The translations under genes were made by a program, and so were the position numbers. From contig OZ024745.1 in the NCBI GenBank assembly GCA_964016885.1, positions 123,318,001 to 123,382,000 on the forward strand: a stretch of DNA of 64,000 bases, written 5' to 3'. Within the stretch, counting starts at the first letter, position 1; every line of letters starts with the position of its first letter. Below are positions 12,923 to 26,500 of this stretch, in pieces. The notes under the pieces are model-generated. The model did no database searches and was not told the DNA's origin. It worked only from the letters and a program-made list of their open reading frames with translations. The DNA is from Eledone cirrhosa. Taxonomy: Eukaryota.

Positions 12923-13022
12923 ATATAATGGAGAGATGGTGTGCTGAAAAAGACCCATCCCACCCTTGCAAATAAGGAAAAGTGGGTGCAAAATAATGAT
13001 GATTATGATGTTGATGATGATG

Positions 13023-13094
<72 letters not shown>

Positions 13095-13099
13095 AAAGC

Positions 13100-13510
13100 C
13101 GACCTTACCCAATTACACCTCTCAAAGGATGACACACAACCGTGACCTCTGGCGTCACGCAGTAATACAGAGTACCCGACCCTCCCACGGGTACAAGCTG
13201 AAGCATATGGACAATATGCCCCCACACCCTCCCACTGCAAAGTGGTTGTGGAGGTGCCATGGTGAAAAAGCACCCAGCCTACACTGTAAAGTGGACGTGT
13301 AGGCGCCACGGAAAAAAAGCACCTAGCACTCACTGTAAATGAAGTTGGTGTTAGGAAGGGCATCCAGCTGTAGAAATCAAGCCAAATCAGTTCCTGTATG
13401 AGCAAGACAAGGTCAGCCGACCGGACACTACACGCAACAGGACAACCCGTCTAACCCATGCTAGCATGGAAGAACGGACATGAAACGGTGATGATGATGA
13501 TGATGATGAT
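13100..13510 (+). mobile_element. RTE-tail short retroelement (SINE B/RTE 3' end)
   Basis: Contains GTTGGTGTTAGGAAGGGCATCC...CCCATGCTAGCATGGAAG and ends in (GAT)n; related copies at 17523-17928 (-) and 57636-57950 (-). Confidence 0.75.
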
Positions 13511-13915
13511 ATACATATATATATATATATACACACACATATATATACATATACACACACACAGATACACACACATTGTGATATCATAACTTACTTTTCT
13601 CAATTCAACATATTTCTATAGTGTAGCCTGTGTTTATTGATAATAATAATTCTCCACAACAACCATCTCCTCATAAAAATGATTTTGATATAAGATAGAA
13701 CCACAATAGATATCTATTTATTTGTGTGCCACCGAAGTGTGGGAATGAATAATAATAGAAATCAATTATTTATTGTGATAAAAAACAACAGAAGAAATTG
13801 TCAGAGCCTAACATAGTGACTTACTTTTAGCCAGTCATTTAACATACGAGAAAGAAATATACTCCATGGTAGTTTTTCAATATCTGCATATGTGTCTACA
13901 CTTCCCTTCTACCCA

Positions 13916-15346
<1,431 letters not shown>

Positions 15347-15442
15347 CGATGGGTGCATACATAATTATATATATTTGCTAATATATTGATATGGTAAAAA
15401 ATGTCAATTGTAAAACAAACATTGATAATAATAATAATAATA

Positions 15443-15473
<31 letters not shown>

Positions 15474-15550
15474 GTAGGAGGAGGAGGTGGGGAGCAAGAA
15501 GAAGAAGAACAACAACAACAGCAACAAAAATAACAACAACAATACTGCTG

Positions 15551-15643
<93 letters not shown>

Positions 15644-15771
15644 TTTTCATGAAGATATTTGTTCTGAGATCAATAAAGATAGTTTAAGGTTCCATTTTTT
15701 TTCTTCTCTAAATGTTACAAAAATAATCAGAGTAGTTCAAGTATAAGGTAGAACTGGAAATAAATGAATTA

Positions 15772-15831
<60 letters not shown>

Positions 15832-15860
15832 ATGATGATATAATTATATATATATGTAAA

Positions 15861-16592
15861 CTAGCAGATTTAGTTGCTCGGGGTTTGAAATTATGCTAAG
15901 AATATACAGCTAGGAAATAAAAGAAGAAAATTATTTGTCCCCAACCTGTCAAAATAAGCAGAAGTCTTCAATAATTAATGCAAACGAATATTTAGTGCAA
16001 TCTTTGTACACATAAAACTATGCTGATAATGAAGGAAAATTTTGTTTTAACTGATTTCTTCATTTAATAAATTCACAATATCCTGGAAGCATAGATAATG
16101 CCTGCCTCAAATGTGGACGAAATTACTTTAAAAATGTAAATGTTGTAGGTCCCAACGGTTTGAATGGAAAGTCCCATAAGGATTGTTTTTAGATTGATTT
16201 CTCCCTTACAGCATACACCTTAGAAAAAATAATCTTCTTGTATTACCTCGACGGCATAGGCAATGCCTGCCTCATATTTGGTAAAAAAAAGCTCGAAAAA
16301 TGTAAAAGTAATTGCAACTTTTAATTTGCATGGAAAATCCCATAAGGATTTTGTCTTCATTGTTATCTCCCTTACATCATGCACTTTAGAAAAAATAATT
16401 TTGCTATCGATAATTTTACTGTCGATTTTTTATTGCTCAACGTGGGTCGATTTTAAAAGAATTTGTGATGTGACGATCTTAACGACAGGTGCAACGTGCA
16501 CAGAAAATTTGATCAATTTCGGTTGGGAATTGTAAAAGCCTTAGGTGTCCAAATTTGTCCACAGACACACATCCAAAATGTTTTATAAATAT
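15861..16592 (-). mobile_element. Probable non-autonomous Helitron/Helentron
   Basis: CTAG at the left end; ACAGACACAC...TTTTATAAATA at the right end; internal repeats. Confidence 0.4.
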
Positions 16593-16639
16593 TTGACATA
16601 ACCAAGGATAATATACCTTAACGGTTCAAGTTATCCCTG

Positions 16640-17070
16640 GTGACAAATACAGTGAAGGAGGCAGAGGATTTGATGTGGGAGGTTGAGACTGTGTCGATGA
16701 GTGTGGGGCTGAGAATGAACGAGACTAAAACAAAATATCTGATAGAGAATGTTGAGAAGCCAGAGGGGATCACTAATCTAGGGAAGCCGCTAGAATTGGT
16801 TGAGGACTTCCTGTATTTGGGAGCAAAGATTGGGAATACGGAAGATCATGTGGTTGAGAGGAAGAGCAAAGCCTGGGCGGTGTGTGACAGCTTGAGATCG
16901 GTGTGGAAGTCGGACCTTCATAAAGACCTGAAAAATCCGCCTCTTCATTGGTGTAGTGGAGTCTGTGCTGCTGTAGTGGAGTCTGAGACTTGGACACTGA
17001 CCAAGAAACTCACTCTGATGGTGGATGGGTGCTACACAAGAATGCTGATGATGGCTCTGAACATTAATCA
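16640..17070 (+). mobile_element. LINE RT C-terminal fragment (RTE-like)
   Basis: GLRMNETKTKYL...[14 protein letters not shown]...ESETWTLTK...DGCYTRML. Confidence 0.75.
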
Positions 17071-17106
17071 GTATATATATATATATATATGTATATATAT
17101 AAATAT

Positions 17107-17197
<91 letters not shown>

Positions 17198-17348
17198 TTA
17201 TTTGTTTAATATTTTATCTTGACTCTGTATACCGTTTATCTTTCACCGAAAGTGGATTTTCATTACATCTCTTCTTTCCATGATATCCGGAATACATTGA
17301 GTTCTTCATACGGATTGGACACTACCGTAAACTCTTGGTAGATTTATC

Positions 17349-17391
<43 letters not shown>

Positions 17392-17423
17392 TATATAATA
17401 TATATATATAATACATATATATA

Positions 17424-17510
<87 letters not shown>

Positions 17511-17924
17511 TTATATATATATATCATCATCATCATCATCACCGTTTTACGTCCGTTCTTCCATGCTAGCATGGGTTAGACGGGTTGTCCTGTTGTGGGC
17601 AGTGTCTGGTCGGCTGACCATGCCTTGCTTGTACAGGAACTGATTCTGGGTTGATTTCTACAGCTGGATGCCCTTCCTAACACCAACCTCATTTACAGTG
17701 AGTGCTGGATGTTTTTTTCCGTGGCGCCTACACGTCCACTTTACAGTGTGGGCTGGGTGCTTTTTTACCGTGGCACCTCCACGACCACTTTGCAGTGGGA
17801 GGGTGTGGAGGCATATTGTCTATATGCTTCAGCTTGTACCCATGGGAGGTCGCGTACTCTGTATTACTGAGTGACACCAGAGGTCACGGTCGTGTGTCAT
17901 TGCCTTTGAGAGGTGTAATTAGGT

Positions 17925-17980
<56 letters not shown>

Positions 17981-17999
17981 GAGAGAGAGAGAGTGGGGG

Positions 18000-18470
18000 A
18001 GGCACATGGCTTAGTGGTTAGAGCATTGGCCTTGCAATCGAAAGGTTGTGAGTTTAATTCTCAGACTGGGTGATGTGTTGTTTCCTTGAGCAAGGCACTT
18101 TATTTCACATTGCTCCAGTTCACTCAGCTGTAGAAATGAGATGATAGGGACTGGGGTCCCTATCATTCCACTGCAAAGTGGTGATGGAGGTGCCATGGCA
18201 GAAAAGCACCCAGCCGTCACTGTAAAGTGAACGTGTAGGTGCCACGGCAAAAAGTACCCAGCCCACACTGTAATGTGGATGTGTAGGCCCCACGGAAAAA
18301 AAGCACCCAGCACTCACTGTAAATGAGGTTGGTGTATCTGTAGAAATGAAGCCAGAATCAGTTCCCGTATGAGCAAGTCATGGTCAGCCGACCGGGTACT
18401 GCCCACAACAGGACAACCCGTCTAACCCATGCTAGCGTGGAAGAACGGACATAAAACGGTGATGATGATA
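18000..18470 (+). mobile_element. Full-length SINE family B copy, inverted relative to 17523-17928
   Basis: tRNA head, internal repeats, RTE tail and (GAT)n. Confidence 0.85.
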
Positions 18471-18499
18471 TATATATGTATATATATATATATATATAT

Positions 18500-18716
18500 G
18501 GAACGATCGACTTTCGTCAAATCGGACCGAGGGAACAATGTTTCCGTTGGTCTTTCCAATTGCTAATACTATCTATCGGTCGCAACTCCAGGTAGAAGGA
18601 GCAACGTGAAATAAAGTGTCTTGCTCAAGGACATAACGCATCGTCTGGTCCAGGAATCGAACTCACATCCTTACGATTGCGAATCCAATTCTCTAACCAC
18701 TCAGCCATACGCCTTC
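18500..18716 (-). mobile_element. SINE with family-B head and a different 3' part
   Basis: GGCGTATGGCTGAGTGGTTAGAG...GAGTTCGATTCC...CCTTGAGCAAGACACTTTATTTCAC followed by an unrelated tail. Confidence 0.7.
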
Positions 18717-18729
18717 ACATATATAATAT

Positions 18730-19955
18730 AGAAGGTGAGTAATATTGTAGAACAATAAAACTATGCATTAATCAGATAAGTAGCACTCAACAGTTGGTAG
18801 AACTGGAGTATATATAATAAGATGGTTACAAGAGTTCCATATATTTTATTATACGTATTTCGAATACAAAATCATCCTGGGACAGATGTTGTGTTCTCTT
18901 CAGATAAAAAATAAGGTACAATCATATGAGACATAATAGGACTTGTTTATAGGAAAGTGGTAAGTCTACATATGACAGAAATATGTGTTAATACTATAAT
19001 AAGAAATAGATAGGAAAAAGAGAAAAAAAGGAAAGAAGAAGGGAAAAAAGGAAAAAGAAAGAGAAGAAAGAAAAAAGAAGGAAGAAGAAGAGAGAGAAAG
19101 ACAGAGAGAGAGACTTTTAATTAGGGACGCTGTCAAATTGAAAACAGCTGTAAATAACTGTTAAAAATAAATTGATGAGGTGTATGTGCGAATATTATAG
19201 AAGGTATTCAAATATTAGAGGTCTAAATATAGAAACTGGGTTTAAATACTAAAAATTGGTTTAAGAAGTGTAAAAATGTATTAATAAAATAAATATAAAA
19301 AGATTTTTATAAAATAAAAATAGTCTATTTATGTCAAAGTTAATAATTTCTAGTAAAAATATATATGTGGGGTATACTATTTAAGTTTTATTTTATATCA
19401 ACAAGTAAATAAAGGAAATTGCTAGAAGGACTTATAAACGTAGAATAAACGTAGAGAAAATCTATTGTATGTTGTCATCATTTGTTTACAAAATCTACGA
19501 AGGTTTGAGCGAAACTCTCAGGCTATACAACAGAAGATCAAAGGCTTAATATATAATGAGAAAACCAAAATAATACATTGTAGAATATAATGAAAGATGT
19601 GTAAAGATAACAGTGACTCGTGGAATATGTAATAGGACATCAGCTATACACTTTGTGAAAGGTCTTGTAGGATTTATGATTACAAAGTCCAAATAAATCG
19701 GTTCTTCGATTTATTATTGTGTTGAAATTCGAGATAATGGTAAATTTTTCTGCTAGACATAAATTACAAACACTAGATATGGAAGCATTGGAGTATGGAG
19801 ATGTGTTAAATAGTATACCTCACATATATATTTTTACTAGAAATTATTAACTTTGACATAGATAGACTATTTTTATTTTATAAAAATCTTTTTATATTTA
19901 TTTTATTAATACATTTTTACCCTTCTTAAACCAATTTTTAGTATTTAAACCCAGT
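18730..19955 (-). mobile_element. 5'-truncated Penelope-like element with pLTR and inverted partial pLTR
   Basis: Minus 19640-19800 encodes PYSNASISSVCNLCLAEKFTIISNFNTIINRRTDLFGLCNHK*, the PLE GIY-YIG C-terminal CxLCL.EK...N.R..L...C.H motif. About 19235-19385 is inverted-duplicated at about 19806-19955. A hammerhead lies in the pLTR. Confidence 0.8.
18844..18909 (-). ncRNA. Type I hammerhead ribozyme
   Basis: ttttat-CTGAAGA-gaacacaa catc tgtcccag gatg att ttgtattc-GAAA-tacgta-TA-ataaaa. Helix I 6 bp, helix II with G10.1-C11.1, palindromic helix III ATACGTAT. Confidence 0.75.
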
Positions 19956-21818
19956 CGCCCAGTTTTCTCGGTCTTTGCTCCACCCAGGACTGCAGCTCGG
20001 TGAGCGAGACGAGCCTCGGGAAGGCTCGCCTCACAAACGGGACCCACACCGGTTGACCGGTGAGGAATACCTGGAGGTGCCGTAGCCTCAATGCGTGTTT
20101 ACGCATTTTTAGCCACGGCATCCCCAGCCCTCCTTTCAAAGGGTGTTGACAGCAGATGGATCTCCTCACCAGGGGAGACCTCTTCTTCCAAAGGAAGTGA
20201 AAGAGAGCGCGCTCCATTTTGGCGAGGATCTCACCCGGGCAAGGCACGACAGTCAAGCGTAATAGATGACGGACGCTATGTAAGCGTTCGCCACCTCCGC
20301 CCGACCTTTCAGGGATAGTTTGCATTCGGCCCACTTCTGGGTCAGTGCAAGCACCCTATTCGTCACCTCACCCCAGTTTTTCTCCACCTGGAGGTCCGGT
20401 CCAAACCAGACCCCAAGCAACTTCACCGGGCCCTCCGTCCACCATCCGACGATACCGTCGGACGACATCGGTTTGCCCCTCCACTCGCCGAGATGCAAAG
20501 CGACTGATTTGTCCCGGTTCAGCTTAGCCCCTGTCAACCTTTCGTACTCCTCCAGTAAGGTGCCGATTGCCTCGATTTCCGCGGTGGTCGACACCATTAC
20601 TGTTACGTCATCGGCGTAGGCCGACAGCACTTTGCGCAATCCCGGTTGCTTAGGTTCAAGGATCACCCATCCATCCTGGTCTCGCAAAGACCGGATAGTG
20701 GATCTAATCCCACTTTTGGCTTCTTTCACGCGGGCCCAGCTAACAGCTTTGATCCCCTCGTTTCCCAGAGCACGTATTTTGCTTTGGACAACGCAGTCTT
20801 TGTGTTTCGCGTTGAAGAAATGGCTCAAGGCCGTTCTCGACGCTTGCACTCTGGCCACGTTTCCGCTTCTCATTGCCTCGTCAACATTAACCACCAACTC
20901 CCTTTCCTTCCTATTTCTATCTGAGGCTAACTCCTTACTAACTCCTATTGAAACTACTCTAATCTCACTTTTCAGAGAGCCCCCACCACCTGCTGTTGAT
21001 GATGGCGCCCGTCAACCGCTCCTTAACTAAGGTTCTAATCCGGTCCCTGTAAGCTCTACTTGCCGGTAAGGACAAGTTGAGCTTCCAGTAACCGGGTCCC
21101 TGCCTATGCGTTCTATCAAGGTGATCTATGCAGGTCACTAACTTGTGGTCTGAATAGCCCACCATGAACATTTCTGGACAACTTAAAAAGTCCCTATCCT
21201 TAATTCTAACTAAGAACCTATCTAGGTACGATCTAGATTGGCCTATCTAGGTACGATCTTGATTTGTCCAAGTCCAGGTTGGCACAGTCGGAAAATCTAG
21301 TCGATATCTATCGGCCAGGTCAAATCGGCCGATTAATCCTTTGAGGTTGTTACACACCCCTCTATCGGGACATGCCCCTACATAGTCCCAACGTGCATCT
21401 AGGATACCATTCCAGTCCCCCACTAAAAGCAAGGAGCGGGACGTCCCTAGAAAAGTCTCCAGACGATGGAAGAATTCCGACCGCATAGCCCCAAAACGGC
21501 GATCAGCCTAAAAGCTTCGCCTTCACCACTGCCAAGGTCCATAACCACTACTCGACCCTCCGGGTCCAAGTGTACCGTCTGTGTAGCGAGACCCAGATGT
21601 TTTTGCAGCAGAACGACAACCCCACCCCCACCTCCAGGCTCACAGAGAGATGCGTGCATCTCAAAGTCATCAAAGGGGGCTAGTTGTTGCACGCTGCTGA
21701 TCCGGGCCTCACAAATAACCATCACATTTATACCTCGAGACCTGAGGTCATTTAGAAGTTTAGCTTGCTTCCAAGGTGAGCCCAGGCCACGCGCATTTAG
21801 ACAACCTACTCTTAACAA
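19945..21818 (-). pseudogene. Tx1 ORF2 (APE endonuclease and partial RT), fragmented
   Basis: ORF pieces 21447-21818, 21247-21486, 20965-21171, 20253-20897 and 19945-20334 are colinear with L1/Tx1 ORF2. Confidence 0.85.
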
Positions 21819-23745
21819 GCCATGTTGGTGGTAAAGAAAGAGGCACTTACCTCTCTGCGTCCCGGGGTCCGGGCTGTTCAGTTTCCATGGGGGGGGGTTA
21901 TTAGTGTGTGGTGGGGTTGGGGTATTTGGAGTTGTGTGGGTGTCTGAGGAGGGGGGTGGGTAACCTTTTAAGAGGACGCGGTTAAACGGTTTGTTACGGG
22001 GGGGCCCACGTCCTCTTTATAAACGTTTTTTAAAGTTTTATAAAGGTTCTTGGGGATCTTTATCATTTTGAGGTGTGGAGAGTCATCCACTGTCTTAAAA
22101 TTTGGCCCTTCGGTTTGCACCGAAGGGTTGCTGTTTATTATATTGAGCAGTTTTTTTTGTTTTGTTTGTTGATGTACGTGTACTGTAATGTTTTTTTCTT
22201 TGACGCTATTAGTGTTGTGTAATGAGGAGGGGTGCTTTGTGTTGTGTTGGTTTCTTCTGTGTTTGTTTGGTTTCTGTTAGTGGTATGTTTCCTTTTTTTC
22301 CTTTTTACTGGTCGGAACGGCTCTCCTTCATCTTCGCTATGCTCCGATGTAAAGAGGTTTTCGTCCGTGTTCGGGGGTAGGGGGATATTTTGTGGTAGTG
22401 TTGTGTTGGTGTGTGTATTTTTGATTGTTTTCTGTGTGGGGTGGGGTAGATGTGACTGTGATTTGTTTCGTGGTCTTTTGTTTTTGTTGTTGTTGTGGTG
22501 GTGGTGCTGGAGGTGGTGTTGTTGGTTTTTGTTGTCGTTGTGGTGATAGTAGTGGTCATGGTGGTGTATTTTGTGGTGGTGTTGCTGGTTGTTTTTGTTG
22601 TTGTTGTGGTGTTTGTAGCAGTGGTTTTTTTGTTGTTAGTAGAGGGCAGGCAGTCCTCAGGTGACCTCTGCCCGCGCAGTGGTAACATGAGGGCCTCCTG
22701 CCTTCCACCGTAATATTAATGAAGGTTCGACCATCCAGTAGTACTCGGTCGGGTATTCCGGCGATTCTCTCTGGTGTCATCTGTATGAGAACCTCCAGAC
22801 TTTCCCCCCCGAACAGTCCACTGGTGGACTCACCTGCTGATACTAGAATGTCCTTTTCTAGGTCCGTGAATCCTGTCAGGACGGACCAGATGTCTACTTC
22901 TGGCGTTGAGCTGCACATTCTTAATCTTTGTGTTCTTCTTCCTTTATATGTGGGGAAGAAGGTGTATTGTGGTGACACTATAGGTGCCACCGAGCATTTT
23001 CGAGCCAGCATTTGGACCTTCATTCGGACCATAATGCTGGCATAAAGCTTTCCTCTTTCAATAAAGAGTATGTCCTTTATAATGTCTTCCAGAACCAGCT
23101 CAATTTGACTTTCTGTCAATTGAGCTGGTTTTCTTGTTGCGTTGGATATAGTCCTGAAAGTTATCGTATTCCTATATGCCTGTTTACGAACTTCTTCTGG
23201 GGAGTTGATCGTAAAAGAACCATCCTCCCCAAAAGATACGTATTTTCTGGCATTTAGTAAGTTTTGCTTAGCGTTAGTAATGTCTATGGGTTTGTATTCG
23301 ATCGTTTTTTTGACCGTTTTGGCAAAATAAATGTTGCTGTCTTTGTTGTTTTCGTTTCGTTCATTGTTGTTTGTTGTTGCAATGTTGTTGGTTTTATTAA
23401 TTCCATTTGTTGTGGTATTTTTTTCCTTGTTATCTTTTTCAAAATTTGGGTTTTCACTCAAATTAACAGTGTTTTTTCCATTCGAGAGGAGGGGTAGTTC
23501 AACAGTTTGAATTGTTGTTCCCTCTTTCTCGCTTTTTTTGGTGGGCTTCCTCGTTTTTAACGATATCAATAAACATTTTAAATTAAAGATTTTCACCCCA
23601 AAAGGGGCGAAAATATATTTACCCTACGTCTACAGTCCGAGACGTGGGGTTAGAGTCAACAATAATAACAAAATTAAAATAACACACTCACAAATAACAA
23701 AGTAGTAATTCAAAATCGAAAAGCCGATGTGAAAGACGTCCATTA
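19950..23745 (-). mobile_element. Tx1-clade LINE (5' UTR, ORF1, disrupted ORF2), 3'-truncated
   Basis: ORF1 with a zinc knuckle; ORF2 APE motifs LNARGL, GDWN, TW, DR, SDH; RT SAYADD, GAKLN..KS, LLGVWF, LSLKGRA, GGLGMP; frameshifts and an internal deletion. Confidence 0.9.
22556..23596 (-). CDS. Tx1 ORF1 (gag-like, CCHC zinc knuckle)
   Basis: INITVEGRRPSCYHCAGRGHLRTACP (CX2CX4HX4C); Asn/Thr-rich N-terminus; frameshifted Thr-rich tail downstream. Confidence 0.8.
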   Translation of the reverse strand: MKIFNLKCLLISLKTRKPTKKSEKEGTTIQTVELPLLSNGKNTVNLSENPNFEKDNKEKNTTTNGINKTNNIATTNNNERNENNKDSNIYFAKTVKKTIEYKPIDITNAKQNLLNARKYVSFGEDGSFTINSPEEVRKQAYRNTITFRTISNATRKPAQLTESQIELVLEDIIKDILFIERGKLYASIMVRMKVQMLARKCSVAPIVSPQYTFFPTYKGRRTQRLRMCSSTPEVDIWSVLTGFTDLEKDILVSAGESTSGLFGGESLEVLIQMTPERIAGIPDRVLLDGRTFINITVEGRRPSCYHCAGRGHLRTACPLLTTKKPLLQTPQQQQKQPATPPQNTPP

Positions 23746-24507
23746 TAGATAGAGAGAGAGTGAGAAGTAATAATTCTTTTAAAGTACAAAGATAGAAATA
23801 TCTAAATTTAGTAATTGAATAGAACAGACGTATATATAAACAAAAGAAGAGTTATTGTGTTAATAAAATTGATATATTTTGTATTACTATGTAATTTACT
23901 TTATATGAGAAATGAAAAGAATTCAGAAAAAAGCCTTATATGTTTTGATGTGTTTCACATATTTTTAGAGGTCAAGAAATTTATTCACAAATACATAGAA
24001 GCTATTTTCAGCATCACTGTACATCTACATCTCCGCCTCTACTTTATCCAGAATCACCCCACCTCTCCTAAATCCTAATGCCCTCACTGTATAGTGCAGA
24101 GTCATTATCCAACATCCCACTCTACTCTTGATCTTCCCACCCCTTACATAACCAAGACACATAGGACATAACTCACCTATTATTACAACACCTTCCATAA
24201 GGCTGAACATTTCTCATCTCCTCCCACTCACCACCCTTTACTCTGTCAAATCCCTCTTTACTTGACACACACCCATGACATACAGTCTTATAAAGTCTTT
24301 AAATAATTGGTGATAGGAAGGCCTTTCAACCGTAGAAAACCTTCTAAACAAAGATTTAGGAAGCCTCTTTAGCTGTTTCAAGGATATGGTAACTTCCTTA
24401 GTGTTGGTGTCACAATAAAATGCACATAGTAGAGTGTAGGATCATATGTTGGGCCTCTGGCTCTTCTGTGGGTTAGTGCTCTACAGGAAAAAATGGATGC
24501 TAAAAAA

Positions 24508-24880
24508 TAATTGTTTCTACTTTTTGCATGAAGCCTGCAATTACCCCAGTGCATTACTGGTACTTTATTTTATCGACCCCGTAAGGATGAAAAACAAAGT
24601 TAACCTCGGCAGAATTTGAACTCAGTCCGTAAATGGCTATAACTCTTTGCTGCAAAGCATGGTGTCTGACACTCAGCTAATATTGCCAAGGATACTAAAA
24701 AATAATTGTTTCTACTTTTGGCACAAAGCCAGCAAATACCCCAGTGCATTACTGGTACTTTATTTTATCGACCCCGTAAGGATGAAAGGCAAAGCTAACC
24801 TCGGTGGGATTTGAACTCAGAACGTAAAGTGCCGTAACACTCTGCCACAAAAGCAGGGTGTCCGGCGCTCTACCGATACT
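24508..24880 (-). mobile_element. Two tandem SINE family A copies
   Basis: Match to the family A consensus. Confidence 0.85.
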
Positions 24881-25207
24881 GGGGGATGATGATATGGCTG
24901 GTATGATAATGTATTCAGGAAAAGTACAGTTGATTTTTTTATCTTATATTTAAAAAGAGTATTATTTGTGTATCCAATTTAGAATAGGTTCACCATATCC
25001 TTACATGCCATAAGAGACAACTAAATGTTTTGTTACCTGAAAGGGAATCTGGTTGTAAACCATTCCTCTAAATGGACCCCATTATCAATATAAAGTTGCT
25101 TATGGGGCCTTCAACATTAGCAGGTATATGGCCTTAAAAACATATTGGTAGTACTATTACATATTTTATTTCAACATAAGAAATAAAAGAAAAAAAATGG
25201 TCATATA

Positions 25208-25602
25208 GGAGGGCAATCCCAAAAGTAAGGTCTCCAAATTGATGGGGATGCAGAGAAACTGTTTGTATGGCTGTTGGCAACACTGTTGTGATTGGTGCTT
25301 CCTTCACTCCCAAATAAAGAATGCGCGCGCTTCGCTGGGATGCTCAATCTTGGCTTGGCAGCCGTTGAGAATAGAGCTCCCGTTGAACGCTACTGCCAAG
25401 TGCGAATTTCGCGCAGTTATTATATACGAGGGCAATACCAAAAGTAAGGTCTCCTTCCGAGGAAAACATGCATAAAGATCGGTGGATCACCTTGGATGCT
25501 CTCTGCATTTTGGTTCCTGAGGTTTCCCGAAGCACCATCCACAGGATTTTAACGGAAAAGTTGCAATATTGGAAGGAGACCTTACTTTTGAGATTGCCCT
25601 CG
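25208..25602 (+). mobile_element. Mariner deletion derivative with three TIRs
   Basis: TIR (C/G)GAGGGCAATNCCAAAAGTAAGGTCTCC at 25208 and 25427, inverted copy ending at 25602, each next to TA; transposase remnants AKCEFRAVI and DRWITL...VSRSTIHRILTEKLQY. Confidence 0.8.
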
Positions 25603-25671
25603 TATTTTGATGTATTGTAGTGCACCTGAGCACTGTACACAATGATTTAATTATTACTATTATTTAACTTA

Positions 25672-25865
25672 AGGGCGGTGGATTGGCAGTATCGGGTAGA
25701 GGGTCAGACGCCATGCTTTGCAGCATAGAGGAATGCCCCTTTCCGGTCTGAGTTCAAATCCCGCTGAGGTTAACTTTGCCTTTCATCCTTACAGGGTCGA
25801 TAAAATAAAGCACCTGTAATCCACTGAGGTAATTGCTGGCCTTGTGCCAAAAATAGAAACAATTA
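25672..25865 (+). mobile_element. SINE family A copy
   Basis: Full match; further copies at 35672-35860 (+), 39070-39280 (-), 40047-40225 (+) and 51380-51568 (-). Confidence 0.85.
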
Positions 25866-26011
25866 TTATTTAACTTATTATTAGAGTTCTCAGAATTTTC
25901 TTATATATGAGTATATTGTTGCTTATTTTTGCATGGAAAGTACAGATGGTTTTTCAATCTTATGTTTGAAAAACTGGAATATTATTTGTCATTAGCAGGC
26001 CTGTGCAAAGT

Positions 26012-26500
26012 TGATAATATATGTAGTCCAGATGTAAAATGTAGGCCTCCATACTGGTAATATGTGTAGTCCAGATGTATGAGGTAGACCACCAAATCTG
26101 GTAATATGTGTAGTCCAGATGTAAAAAGCAGACCACCAAATCTGGTAATATGTATAGTCCAGATGTAAAATGGAGACCACCAAATCTGGTATTATGTGTA
26201 GTCCAGATGTAAAAGGTAGACCATAAATCTGGTAATATATGTAGTCCAGATGTAAAAGGTAGGCCTCCAAATCTGGTAATACATGTAGTCCAAATGTAAA
26301 AGGTAGACCACTAAATCTGGTAATTTATGTAGTCCAGATTTAAAATGTAGGCCACAAAGATGATAATATATGTAGTCCAGATGTAAAAGGTAGACCTCCA
26401 AAGCTTATAATATATGTAGTCAAGATGTAAAAGGTAAACCACTTAAGCTGGTAATGTATATAGTCCAGATGTAAAAGGTAGACCACCAAACTGGTAACAG
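26012..26500. repeat. 44-bp minisatellite, about 11 units
   Basis: Unit GGTAATATGTGTAGTCCAGATGTAAAAGGTAGACCACCAAATCT at 43-44 bp spacing, without spacers. Confidence 0.95.

Noticed and set aside
17225-17275. Functional hammerhead on the minus strand
   Set aside because: Core reads ATGAAAA and helix III does not pair; at most a decayed remnant.
26012-26500. CRISPR array
   Set aside because: Contiguous tandem units with no unique spacers, no cas genes and a eukaryotic context.
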